32,599 nucleotides of DNA from a virus (lineage: Duplodnaviria > Caudoviricetes): positions 1-32,599 of the IMG/VR virus record IMGVR_UViG_3300017912_001466. The stretch is one strand, 5' to 3'. The position numbers and the translations under genes are program-made. Shown here piece by piece: positions 1 to 8,257 of the stretch; positions within the stretch are counted from its first letter, which is position 1, and the number at the start of each line of letters is the position of its first letter. Below the pieces are notes generated by a model. The model saw only the letters and a list, made by a program, of their open reading frames with translations. It was not told the origin of the DNA and ran no database searches.

Positions 1-1
1 C

Positions 2-394
2 GTCGTGTACGAGATGCTCGACAAGTTGTCGGCCAACCGACCCGTCGTGGACGAGATTGTCTACCGGGATCGATCAGGCCCGCACTTGCGAACTCAGATC
101 ACCGTCGGCACCTCCTTCGCCCGCCTTGAGGTCGTTGACCTCGGCCGTCGCTGGTACATCCGAGTGGTCGCCAGCGAGCACGACGTGCTCATGGATAGTC
201 CCGCCAAGGTTGCCCGAGATGATATCAAGTACCTTAGTACGATACTTTCACGGCTGTGGGAGGAGCAGGTGCTCCAGTACCCGGCCCAAGACAGATACAC
301 GTGGGAGGATGAGGCCCACTACCCGGTTCGTCGCACGATTGAGCGCGATCTTCTACGATACGAGAGGTGGTGTCGAAGAATTAAGTTGAATTAA
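2..394 (+). CDS. Hypothetical protein, probably 5'-truncated by the window edge
   Basis: Frame open from position 2 with GC3-rich codons like neighbouring genes; stop lies inside the left arm of the inverted repeat. Confidence 0.6.
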   Translation, partial: VVYEMLDKLSANRPVVDEIVYRDRSGPHLRTQITVGTSFARLEVVDLGRRWYIRVVASEHDVLMDSPAKVARDDIKYLSTILSRLWEEQVLQYPAQDRYTWEDEAHYPVRRTIERDLLRYERWCRRIKLN

Positions 395-586
395 TTCTCA
401 CGACCAGACGTATTAGATTCGACGTACTGCGCCTCGATCACTACCAATTACGTTAATTCCCTATGAGGTTTCTAAGAATAGTCTTAACCTCTTAGAACTC
501 TTATAGACAATTGACGCAATTCAGGGTGGTGGCTCGCAGTGCATCGAAACAATACTTCTGAGCCCGAGAAGTAATTCGACACAATT
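379..586. repeat. Long degenerate inverted repeat (arms ~379-477 and ~490-586, 12-nt spacer); candidate replication origin
   Basis: Left arm matches the reverse complement of the right arm in blocks GAATTA.TTCTC, CAGA.GTATT, TTCGA.G.ACTGCG, AATT.CGT.AATT, CTAT.AG..TTCTAAGA; AT-rich; the largest intergenic gap in the window. Confidence 0.8.
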
Positions 587-614
587 AATACCAGCCTCCC
601 CCGGAAGTGAAACC

Positions 615-734
615 ATGAGCCCAATACCGTTCTTTGTCGGAGCCGTTGCCTTCATCCTGTACGTTGTTCTCTACAGCCTATGGGCGACCCGCTATGAATA
701 CCTCAGCGAGCAAGGCCGGAGGTGGTGGAAGTGA
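615..734 (+). CDS. Small membrane protein (39 aa, MSPIPFFVGAVAFILYVVLYSLWATRYEYLSEQGRRWWK)
   Basis: ATG after GAAGTGA, one hydrophobic helix, TGA overlaps the helicase ATG (TGATG); below the ORF-track cutoff. Confidence 0.6.
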   Translation: MSPIPFFVGAVAFILYVVLYSLWATRYEYLSEQGRRWWK

Positions 735-2032
735 TGGAAGACAACATCTTCGATATGGTCCTTGACTTCACCAAGGGCAACCACTACGTCGATGTCGAGG
801 ACAAGGTACCGATCTTCGTGTGCTCTATCGGCACCCACATCATCAACGCCGCCAACAAGTGCAACTACTGTCCTCACGAGCCCAAGGAAGACGACGAGAC
901 CGCATGGTGCATCCCTGAGTGCATGCTCCGCCACGACAACCCGTCCTTCTACACCCCGATGTCCCACGTGGCCGACACCCGCCTTCACATCCTGATGCGA
1001 GGTGCCAAGGGATCGGGCAAGTCGGCCCTGATTCAGATGTTCCTGAGCACCGGCACTGGCCTTCTGTATTCTCCCGATGCCGAGGATCTCGGCATGGGGT
1101 TCCGGACCGACATCGGCCCCGGCTCCATCACGGAGGCGGGTATGTTCGGTTCCGTGAACGAAGAAGGCCAAGTCACAGGTCGCCCCCTTGCTCGTGAGAT
1201 GTGTGGAGGCTTCCTTGGTTTCGAGGAGTTTTCCTCACTGGTCGATGCCGCCAAGAAGGATCACAGCACCGACATGACCAACCAGATGCTGACCAGCACG
1301 GACAACGGTCGTGTCAAGAAGGTCATGCGTTCTGGACGTGTCACCTACCTGACCCGCTACACCATCTGGGCTGGCACTCAGCCCGGCCGTTTCGAGATGG
1401 AGTCCGGTATGGATCGGCGTTTCTTCATCATCGACATCGAGATGTCCGCCGAGAAGGAGTTGCTCTACAAGCAAGCGCAGGCCAAGCAAGCCTCGATGAC
1501 CGCCGAACAGCGGGCCGAACTCATCTTCTTGGGCGACAGCATCCGTGACTTCTTCACTCAGCGAGCCATGGAGGTCATCGCTGAACCTCCGACCAGTCTC
1601 TGGTTCTCCGAGGAGTTCAACGAGTGGCTCCTGTCCCCGAATGTCCGTGGTCACGAGGCTGACCTGTTCCGACGACTCGGCATCGGCTACGCCGTCATGA
1701 GTGGCGACTGGAAGGGCGGCAGGCCCCTTGAGATCCACATGACCAACCAACTGCGCGACATCCTCGACCGGGCCCTGTCCATGCGCCGCAACGTCATGGA
1801 CGCCGATCTCGACCTCATCCGCACCACGTTCTGGAACACCGTGCTACCACGATCCCAACTGGTCAAGGAGGTGCAACGCATGGTCACCGGCGACTACCAA
1901 GCCGCCAAGCGATGGATCGCTGACAACCTCATGGACCAGCCGTGGTACACTGAGCACAAGCCCCGTACCAATCGCCGTGGTCCGAAGGGCATCGCCTGCT
2001 ACATCGGAGTTTCCCCGGAGGACATCGAATGA
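734..2032 (+). CDS. mcm: MCM-family AAA+ helicase lacking the N-terminal domain
   Basis: HILMRGAKGSGKS (Walker A), GSITEAGMFGSV, GGFLGFEEF (Walker B), TIWAGTQP (sensor 1), MDRRF (Arg finger), C-terminal wHTH-like segment; RBS GGAGGTG before ATG 734. Confidence 0.8.
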   Translation: MEDNIFDMVLDFTKGNHYVDVEDKVPIFVCSIGTHIINAANKCNYCPHEPKEDDETAWCIPECMLRHDNPSFYTPMSHVADTRLHILMRGAKGSGKSALIQMFLSTGTGLLYSPDAEDLGMGFRTDIGPGSITEAGMFGSVNEEGQVTGRPLAREMCGGFLGFEEFSSLVDAAKKDHSTDMTNQMLTSTDNGRVKKVMRSGRVTYLTRYTIWAGTQPGRFEMESGMDRRFFIIDIEMSAEKELLYKQAQAKQASMTAEQRAELIFLGDSIRDFFTQRAMEVIAEPPTSLWFSEEFNEWLLSPNVRGHEADLFRRLGIGYAVMSGDWKGGRPLEIHMTNQLRDILDRALSMRRNVMDADLDLIRTTFWNTVLPRSQLVKEVQRMVTGDYQAAKRWIADNLMDQPWYTEHKPRTNRRGPKGIACYIGVSPEDIE

Positions 2033-2289
2033 AACTCAAGTACGTCAAGTGGCGCAACGCCGCTCTCGCCTACCTTCAGGAGCACGGTCCCACCAACACT
2101 CGTGATCTGTACGATCTCGTGACCAACAGCGAGGGTGGACAGTTCAAGCACGGGCCGCGTTCGGTGCACGTCGCCGCACAACTGCTCCGCCTCGACAGCA
2201 GGTTTATCTACAGCAGACAGAGTGGTTTGACTGCTAACATGATGGGCACGGGCTACCGTGCATCCAGCATTTGGGAGGCAGGACAATGA
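2029..2289 (+). CDS. Winged-helix DNA-binding protein (paralog 1)
   Basis: AYLQEHGPTNTRDLYD wHTH-like pattern; ATGA overlap; clearly similar to the next ORF. Confidence 0.7.
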   Translation: MKLKYVKWRNAALAYLQEHGPTNTRDLYDLVTNSEGGQFKHGPRSVHVAAQLLRLDSRFIYSRQSGLTANMMGTGYRASSIWEAGQ

Positions 2290-2549
2290 AGTTGAAACTG
2301 AAGCGATGGCGAGACAAGGCGTATGAGTATCTGATAGAGCAAGGCGAGGCAACGACCACCGACCTGCTCAAGAACATGACCAACAGTGAAGGTCGTCCCC
2401 TGAAAATCAACCCCAAGAACAAGAATCAGGCCACACAACTTCTCTTGCGAGATGACCGCTTCATGGTCGTCAGCAACTACATGGCCGAGTCCGGTGCTAA
2501 CGCATCCTTCGCACGCGAGAGCGTCACCGTATGGAGGTGCATCGTTTGA
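2286..2549 (+). CDS. Winged-helix DNA-binding protein (paralog 2)
   Basis: MKLK..WR..A..YL.E.G...T.DL....TNSEG and QLL..D.RF shared with the previous ORF. Confidence 0.7.
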   Translation: MKLKLKRWRDKAYEYLIEQGEATTTDLLKNMTNSEGRPLKINPKNKNQATQLLLRDDRFMVVSNYMAESGANASFARESVTVWRCIV

Positions 2550-2671
2550 AGATTCACGGTTGGATCACGCAGTACGTGTGCGATCATTGCGGCTACAAGG
2601 CCAAGACCGAGGCCGCTCTGCGTAGCCACGTCTGGTACTGGCACGAGTTTCTACAGGAGGCTGACACATGA
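2546..2671 (+). CDS. C2H2 zinc-finger protein (41 aa)
   Basis: TTG start after GGAGGTG; YVCDHCGYKAKTEAALRSHVWYWH fits Y-x-C-x2-C-x9-L-x2-H-x4-H; overlaps both neighbours by 4 nt. Confidence 0.75.
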   Translation: MKIHGWITQYVCDHCGYKAKTEAALRSHVWYWHEFLQEADT

Positions 2672-3294
2672 AGTCCCGATGGCTCATCGAGCAACGGCTT
2701 GAAAACGAGGCCGACCCCGTGTTCCGTGCCGCCCTTGAGTGGGTGCTCGTGTCCCCGGAGTGTCCGCTCTGCAATCATCCCGACCGACGCAACATCGAGA
2801 TGAAGATCCACCGTGACGAGATGACGGCTTCGTTCATCGAGTCGAAGCACAGGTGGCCCCTCGGTCTCGTGCAGGAGCACCTCGATCACCACGTTGACTT
2901 CAACCCCGCCGAAGCCATGCAAATCGAGGCTATGCGCGAGGACAGCATCAGCACGTTGAACGTGGCTGAGGACCTCGTGCAACGGCTTGTTTCATGGCTT
3001 GATGAGTTAGAGGTCCGTAAAATCAACGATGGTCTGACCTCCGAGTGGATCGCAGATGCGACCAAGTTGTTGGGTCAGGGTCAAGGCTTCCTGAAGTTGG
3101 TCGGCCAACTCAAGAAGGAGATCGGTGTGGACTCGCAACTCCTGCTCGCTGACCGTAAGGTCGAGCACGTGATGGGCGTCCTTGTGGATGTCCTGCGCCA
3201 TGAGCCCCACTATCTGGACCAGATTCAACTGCAACTTGCCGCCCTCAAGCCACCCAAGCAGGTCGTTGACGCTGACTTTGAGGTGATGAACTGA
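2668..3294 (+). CDS. Hypothetical protein with CxxCxH motif and helical C-terminus (possibly terminase small subunit-like)
   Basis: ECPLCNHPDRRNIE followed by long amphipathic helices; function is a guess. Confidence 0.5.
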   Translation: MKSRWLIEQRLENEADPVFRAALEWVLVSPECPLCNHPDRRNIEMKIHRDEMTASFIESKHRWPLGLVQEHLDHHVDFNPAEAMQIEAMREDSISTLNVAEDLVQRLVSWLDELEVRKINDGLTSEWIADATKLLGQGQGFLKLVGQLKKEIGVDSQLLLADRKVEHVMGVLVDVLRHEPHYLDQIQLQLAALKPPKQVVDADFEVMN

Positions 3295-3557
3295 GGCAGT
3301 GGCGATCCGGTCCCCAACGGTACCTGAACACGCGACCCATCCTGTCGCGCGAGATGCCCATGTTAGCCAAGGCGATGTATGAAGATGGCGTGCGCCTTCT
3401 GCCAGAATTGCGCAACAACGGTTATGTGTGGTATGTTGGTGACTATCAGGTGCACTCGTTTTCGATCCGTGAAGTCTGGGGAATCACCAGAGCCCAGCAG
3501 AAGCGACTCGTCGAGTGGTTGATCGACAACAACAGCGAGGTTATCACATGGGAGTAG
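3291..3557 (+). CDS. Hypothetical protein (start CTG 3291 or ATG 3354)
   Basis: Frame open from 3282; RBS GAGGTGA precedes CTG 3291, which overlaps the upstream stop (CTGA). Confidence 0.55.
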   Translation: MRQWRSGPQRYLNTRPILSREMPMLAKAMYEDGVRLLPELRNNGYVWYVGDYQVHSFSIREVWGITRAQQKRLVEWLIDNNSEVITWE

Positions 3558-4147
3558 TCATCTTCACGGCCGACGACAGCCGCTACCGCATTGGACACTA
3601 CCTCAAGATGTTCGGCACGATGAGCATGGCACCTGTTGCCGCCGACACAACCTACATCCTTTACGATGCACCCTTCGACGAGAAGGATGCGCTCTACTGG
3701 GCTCCCCTGATCCAGCACCGCCTCGTCGTGGTTACCGAGAAGCCTCCCAAGTTGAGCAAGCGTAGTGAAGACTGCGTGATCGTAGATCAGTCCTTCAAGG
3801 CCAACCAGCCTGATCATGGTCGCATGATGAAGGCCGCTATGACATGGCAGGACCGGGACCGGGCGCTCACAGCCATGGAGCACGTCCCCCTACCTCTTGC
3901 CAACGCTTTCATCCGTGCCAACAACACCGACATCGACATGGGTCGCCTCCTTGCGGCGATCCGCTTCACACTCCACGACGACTATGCCCGAGCCGCCATG
4001 GCATACGGGCACAAGCCGAACGGGTTCTCGTGGCCCAAGCGTAGCCGGAACAAGGACTATATCCAGCATCCAGACCTACGTAAATCAGACAACTACCACG
4101 AGTACCTTCTCGTGGAACCAGATAAGGAAGTGACAGAATGGATATGA
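3548..4147 (+). CDS. Putative degenerate clamp-loader large subunit
   Basis: alpha/beta N-part without Walker A (TTYILYD, RLVVVTE), helical collar-like part (VPLPLANAFIRANN), C-terminal VTEWI; near the RFC small subunit. Confidence 0.4.
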   Translation: MGVVIFTADDSRYRIGHYLKMFGTMSMAPVAADTTYILYDAPFDEKDALYWAPLIQHRLVVVTEKPPKLSKRSEDCVIVDQSFKANQPDHGRMMKAAMTWQDRDRALTAMEHVPLPLANAFIRANNTDIDMGRLLAAIRFTLHDDYARAAMAYGHKPNGFSWPKRSRNKDYIQHPDLRKSDNYHEYLLVEPDKEVTEWI

Positions 4148-4512
4148 ATACAGTGTTTGTGTACGGCACCCTCAAGCGAGGGCAGTCCCGCAACAACGTG
4201 ATGATGGGTGGCGAATACTTGGGCAAGGGCAAGACAGACAACATGTTTGCTCTTGTGGATCTTGGTCCTTTCCCGGCACTCTGCTACGGGCACGGACCCG
4301 CACGTGGCGAGGTCTACAATGTCAGCGACGACACCCTGCGCCGACTCGATATCATCGAGGGCGTACCTCACCTCTACGAGCGCGACAAGATCAACATCAC
4401 GCTGGAGAGCGGTGAGACGATCTCCTGCTGGACGTACCTGAAGATGGACGTGGACAACACCTACACCATTCAGGAATGGAACGGTCCCTCCAAGCAGGAG
4501 TGGTACTGTTGA
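4144..4512 (+). CDS. Gamma-glutamylcyclotransferase (AIG2-like) family protein
   Basis: VFVYGTLKRG signature, GEVY, LD..EG...LYER. Confidence 0.9.
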   Translation: MNTVFVYGTLKRGQSRNNVMMGGEYLGKGKTDNMFALVDLGPFPALCYGHGPARGEVYNVSDDTLRRLDIIEGVPHLYERDKINITLESGETISCWTYLKMDVDNTYTIQEWNGPSKQEWYC

Positions 4513-4718
4513 GCGGCGAAGGTTTGGCAATCTGCTTCACCTACGTGGCGCTAATATGCTACTTGTACTACTTGCACTGGCGACAGCACGGGCACACCGC
4601 GTACCTCAGTGCGGCATGTGCCATCGACAGCAAACTTCGCTATGCCCAACCCGAGCCAGACTACGATGATGACGGGTTCGCAAGGGCGATGTATATGTCC
4701 ATGCACGACGACGCTTAA
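4509..4718 (+). CDS. Small membrane protein
   Basis: TTG start overlapping the upstream stop; hydrophobic LAICFTYVALICYLYYL and acidic tail. Confidence 0.55.
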   Translation: MSGEGLAICFTYVALICYLYYLHWRQHGHTAYLSAACAIDSKLRYAQPEPDYDDDGFARAMYMSMHDDA

Positions 4719-4722
4719 AGTA
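4715..4722 (+). promoter_or_regulatory. Archaeal TATA box TTAAAGTA
   Basis: 22 nt before GTG 4745; the same octamer precedes the tail tube gene on the - strand. Confidence 0.55.
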
Positions 4723-4744
4723 GCACCTTCTACAATTAAGTGTC

Positions 4745-5158
4745 GTGGGAGCGGCCACCAACAACAACAAGCGGGTCAAGCGAGCAATCGCAGAAGTCCT
4801 CTTCGATCACGGTCCGTGTACTCGTGAAGAGGTCGCGGAGCATCTCTCCAAGATGCGATCTGTCCGGACTCTGCCAAGCCCCAACTCGCTGTCTGCTCTG
4901 CTATCCAAGAACCCACAGGTCGTCTGTGTCGGCGTTGTCAAAACGAGGACGGACACCAACGTGACCACGAAGCACCAGCAGTTTGACATCAATCGTGAGA
5001 TTGTGTGGGATCGTGAGGATCTGATCCACACCCGACCCCCGTCCTTTATGACACCGGCCGAACGTGACAAGGCTCTTGTCTGTCCCTCCTGTGCTCGCAA
5101 GCGGATCATGCCTGCTGGTCAGACGACCTGTCTCGACTGCCTACGTGCCATAGAGTGA
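4745..5158 (+). CDS. wHTH protein with C-terminal Zn ribbon
   Basis: EVLFDHGPCTREEV..SLSALLSKNPQ resembles the 2029/2286 paralogs; CPSC...CLDC. Confidence 0.7.
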   Translation: MGAATNNNKRVKRAIAEVLFDHGPCTREEVAEHLSKMRSVRTLPSPNSLSALLSKNPQVVCVGVVKTRTDTNVTTKHQQFDINREIVWDREDLIHTRPPSFMTPAERDKALVCPSCARKRIMPAGQTTCLDCLRAIE

Positions 5159-5161
5159 GTC

Positions 5162-5167
5162 TATATA
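5162..5167 (+). promoter_or_regulatory. TATA box (leaderless promoter of rfcS)
   Basis: TATATA 22 nt before ATG 5190. Confidence 0.6.
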
Positions 5168-5189
5168 CTGGCGACACTCAGTGCCCAAT

Positions 5190-6083
5190 ATGATTTGGGC
5201 TACGAAGTATCGACCCACCAGCCTTGACTCCTTTTACGGACAATCCTCCATCAAGAAGGAGATGATGAACATCATCAGGGGTGAGGCCCCCATGCAACAC
5301 TTCATCTTCCACAGTCCCGAACCGGGGACTGGTAAGACCACGATGGCGTACCTCCTCGCTGAGAACCTCGGGTACTCCCTACACAAGTACAACGCATCCT
5401 CCAAGCGACAACGAGGAATCGAGTTCGTCGAGGACGACCTTGCGCCCCGGACTCGCATCGGACAGTGGGAGACGATCTTCTTTCTGGACGAGGCGGACCA
5501 ACTGACACCTGCCGCACAGTCTGCACTCAAGGGCGTCATCGAAGATGCCCAAGGCTACTTCATCCTGACCTGCAATGACTTGTCCAAGGTGAGCCCGTGG
5601 CTCCAGTCCCGGTGCACTGTCCGCCGCTTCATGCCTGTCGGCAACGACTTCGCTGGGATCCGCCTCAGCGAGATCGCTCAGTCCGAGGGCATCGACATCA
5701 GCGATGAACATCTTGCCGAGATGGTGCAGGCTCACACCGGCGATCTCCGCAACCAGATCAATGCACTGCAAGCCTACTCGTCCCTCAGCAGTGAAGACCG
5801 TGCCGTCTTCATCGTGAACCTCAAGACACCCGTGCTCGACACTGCTCGCTTCTTGCGCCTGTGTTTCAGGGAGTCGGCAGTCGAAGACGCCGTGCTCATG
5901 CTCGATGAGAATGACCTGCGCCGACAGATCGACGCCATCTTCCGAGATGGTGTTGGGTCCAAGGCATCCCCCTCCGGCAAACTACGTCTCGTAGAGGCGT
6001 CAACCCAAGCCCACCGTGATCTGATCTCGGGGGTCGAGGCCCACTATGTCAAGTGGGATTTCGTCCGCAGGCTATGTGGATAA
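5190..6083 (+). CDS. rfcS: Replication factor C small subunit (clamp loader)
   Basis: WATKYRP, PGTGKTT, NAS, LDEAD.LT..AQ.AL, SRC motif, GDLR..IN.LQ. Confidence 0.95.
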   Translation: MIWATKYRPTSLDSFYGQSSIKKEMMNIIRGEAPMQHFIFHSPEPGTGKTTMAYLLAENLGYSLHKYNASSKRQRGIEFVEDDLAPRTRIGQWETIFFLDEADQLTPAAQSALKGVIEDAQGYFILTCNDLSKVSPWLQSRCTVRRFMPVGNDFAGIRLSEIAQSEGIDISDEHLAEMVQAHTGDLRNQINALQAYSSLSSEDRAVFIVNLKTPVLDTARFLRLCFRESAVEDAVLMLDENDLRRQIDAIFRDGVGSKASPSGKLRLVEASTQAHRDLISGVEAHYVKWDFVRRLCG

Positions 6084-6086
6084 GGG

Positions 6087-6122
6087 TTATATGCAGGAGA
6101 CAACAACACACAGAACAGGTGA
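6087..6122 (+). promoter_or_regulatory. TATA box (TTATAT) and RBS (AGGTGA) of the SSB gene
   Basis: TTATAT 6087-6092 and AGGTGA 6117-6122 before ATG 6129. Confidence 0.6.
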
Positions 6123-6128
6123 AAACCA

Positions 6129-7328
6129 ATGAATACGACAGATATGATGGAACGCATTGCCAAGAACGTCGGTGTCAGCATCGAAGCCCTACAGGCCAAG
6201 ATGAATGCTGTGCTGGCGGATAACCAAGCCACTTGGGAGGCCCAAGGTAAGGATGCAAAGACCTGTGAGGTCAACGCACTCCGCATCGCCGGTCGCCAAC
6301 TCAAGTCAGAAGCAGACAAGTTGTCCCGCTCAGGTGCAACGCTCTACGAAGGTATGTTCATTTACGTGCCACGACCCAAGGACTGGGCTGACATGGCTTA
6401 CAAGAAGGCCGCTACTACTGTGTCCTCTGCACCCGACACTGTGATCGAGCAGATGGTCGAGTCAGGTAAGATCACTCTCTACCTCGACAACAACGACGGC
6501 ACGTTCACCAAGCGGTACAACCCCAGCCTCGCACAGAAGGCTGACTTCTCCCCCGGCACTGCCGAGGTCGAGTTGAGTGCTCTGCCCAAGGACACCTACG
6601 ATGCAGGTATGGGTATGCACTTCCACTTGATCTGGGACTCGGCCAACCCCAAGTACCCCAGCGGCGACGCCAACTGGAAGTACGGTAAGGCACGACCCCT
6701 CAACGAGCCGGAGCGCACCTGTTTGTTCCTCGGCCGCAAGCGTGGTGACACTGAGGTCACGGCCTTCTCGTTCCGACTCAGCGGCTCTCTGGCCAACGAG
6801 CAGTTCCCCACCTTCGTCACCGGCACCATCGCCATGAAGCCTGCACGCAACGGCGACGTTGCTTACGGCAAGGCTGGTGTAACGGCGTTCTCCCGTGACG
6901 ACTCCGTGCAGTCGATCTTCAGCGCACCGCCTCAGCAACTCGTTGGCGATCACCTCAAGTTGCTCTCTGGTCTCTCCGAGGTCGAGGGCTTCATGGCTAC
7001 GCTCGATGACAAGACCAAGTGGGATGCCAAGGTCGCCATCAACACCGAGGTCGTTCACATCGACCCACGTGACAACGGTGGCTTCATCGTCACGGTCGGT
7101 GACCTCGACATCTTCTCGTCGGCTCCGACTGTGGATGTCTATGTCCCTGCCGAGCAGGAGGATCTCGTGACCTTCGGTGTCGGCTCCAACCTACTCATCG
7201 TCGGTGCCCCATGGATGTCTCGTGAGGGTGAAGCCCGTCTCTCCGTTGCGGGCTTCTTCTGCCCTGACGAGCCAATGCCCGTCGTGTCGGAATCGTCGTC
7301 CGACGAGGGTGACATGGGGTGGGACTGA
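6129..7328 (+). CDS. Putative ssDNA-binding protein (RPA-like, OB folds)
   Basis: N-terminal helical domain, beta-rich body, acidic tail SSSDEGDMGWD; between RFC and the ATPase; strong expression signals. Confidence 0.6.
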   Translation: MNTTDMMERIAKNVGVSIEALQAKMNAVLADNQATWEAQGKDAKTCEVNALRIAGRQLKSEADKLSRSGATLYEGMFIYVPRPKDWADMAYKKAATTVSSAPDTVIEQMVESGKITLYLDNNDGTFTKRYNPSLAQKADFSPGTAEVELSALPKDTYDAGMGMHFHLIWDSANPKYPSGDANWKYGKARPLNEPERTCLFLGRKRGDTEVTAFSFRLSGSLANEQFPTFVTGTIAMKPARNGDVAYGKAGVTAFSRDDSVQSIFSAPPQQLVGDHLKLLSGLSEVEGFMATLDDKTKWDAKVAINTEVVHIDPRDNGGFIVTVGDLDIFSSAPTVDVYVPAEQEDLVTFGVGSNLLIVGAPWMSREGEARLSVAGFFCPDEPMPVVSESSSDEGDMGWD

Positions 7329-8257
7329 TGGGGTGGGGGGCACAGCCCTCCGCTCCGTCGGCCTCCGCTGAGACGGCTACCTACGGCGTGGACTACTACC
7401 GGGACTTGTTCAACCGCAAGCGGGAGAACCTCGCCCCGATCCGCATGGCGCTCGTTGGCAAGGAGAACACCGGCAAGACCGGCTCCGCCATCGACATCGC
7501 CTTGGCACACACTGACCTTCCCATCTGTGTCATCGACATCGACGGGTCTGCTGACAACACCGTGGACTACCTGCGTAGCACGGGCAAGGGTGACAATATC
7601 TTCGTGGTCCCCCTCATCGACGAAGCAGACGAGTCCATCTGGAACGAGGACAACACCACCAACTGGTTGGCGTTGCTTGACAAACTCCAGTGGTTCTTGC
7701 CTATCCTCAGCGAGAAGGCGGCTTCCGGTGAGTTGGGCGCAGTCGTGCTCGACGGATGTTCGACCCTGCTCAAGTGGTGCGAGTTCGTCATGACCGACTC
7801 CTTGCTTCGCCGTGGCGTCATCAAGGAAGAGGGTGACTCCTTCAACCAGAAGGAGTGGCGTGAGCGCAACCGTCTGTTCAAGGACGTGCTCCAGCGTGTG
7901 ACCAGCCTACCCATCCCTTACGTGTTCTTCACGTTCCACCTCAAGGATCAGAAGCAATACATGGATGTAGGCGACGGTACCAAGGCCCTGATGACCGTGG
8001 GTACTCGACCCGACTGGGTTGACGGTACGCAACGGTTCGTGAGTCAGCAGGTGTTCTTGCGACGATACACACAGAAGGGTGATCGCGCCGCTGGTGTCGA
8101 GGCTGACAAGAGCCTCGGTGCTGATGAGTTCGTCATCCGTGCCGCTATCGAGGAGATGAAGGGGCGCAACATGGAGCACCTCGGCAAGACCTACGACATC
8201 CTCCGTGTCAACTCTGGCAACGTGCACTGGTCGGGCCTACCTCTGAGGTGGGACTGA
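7328..8257 (+). CDS. RecA/RadA-superfamily P-loop ATPase (Sak4/AAA_24-like recombinase)
   Basis: LVGKENTGKT (Walker A), VIDIDG, AVVLDG (Walker B), FFTFH; coupled to the SSB gene. Confidence 0.75.
   Translation: MGWGAQPSAPSASAETATYGVDYYRDLFNRKRENLAPIRMALVGKENTGKTGSAIDIALAHTDLPICVIDIDGSADNTVDYLRSTGKGDNIFVVPLIDEADESIWNEDNTTNWLALLDKLQWFLPILSEKAASGELGAVVLDGCSTLLKWCEFVMTDSLLRRGVIKEEGDSFNQKEWRERNRLFKDVLQRVTSLPIPYVFFTFHLKDQKQYMDVGDGTKALMTVGTRPDWVDGTQRFVSQQVFLRRYTQKGDRAAGVEADKSLGADEFVIRAAIEEMKGRNMEHLGKTYDILRVNSGNVHWSGLPLRWD

Noticed and set aside
395-614. tRNA or structured ncRNA in the intergenic region
   Set aside because: No cloverleaf or T-loop consensus; arm mismatches are not consistently wobble-compatible on either strand
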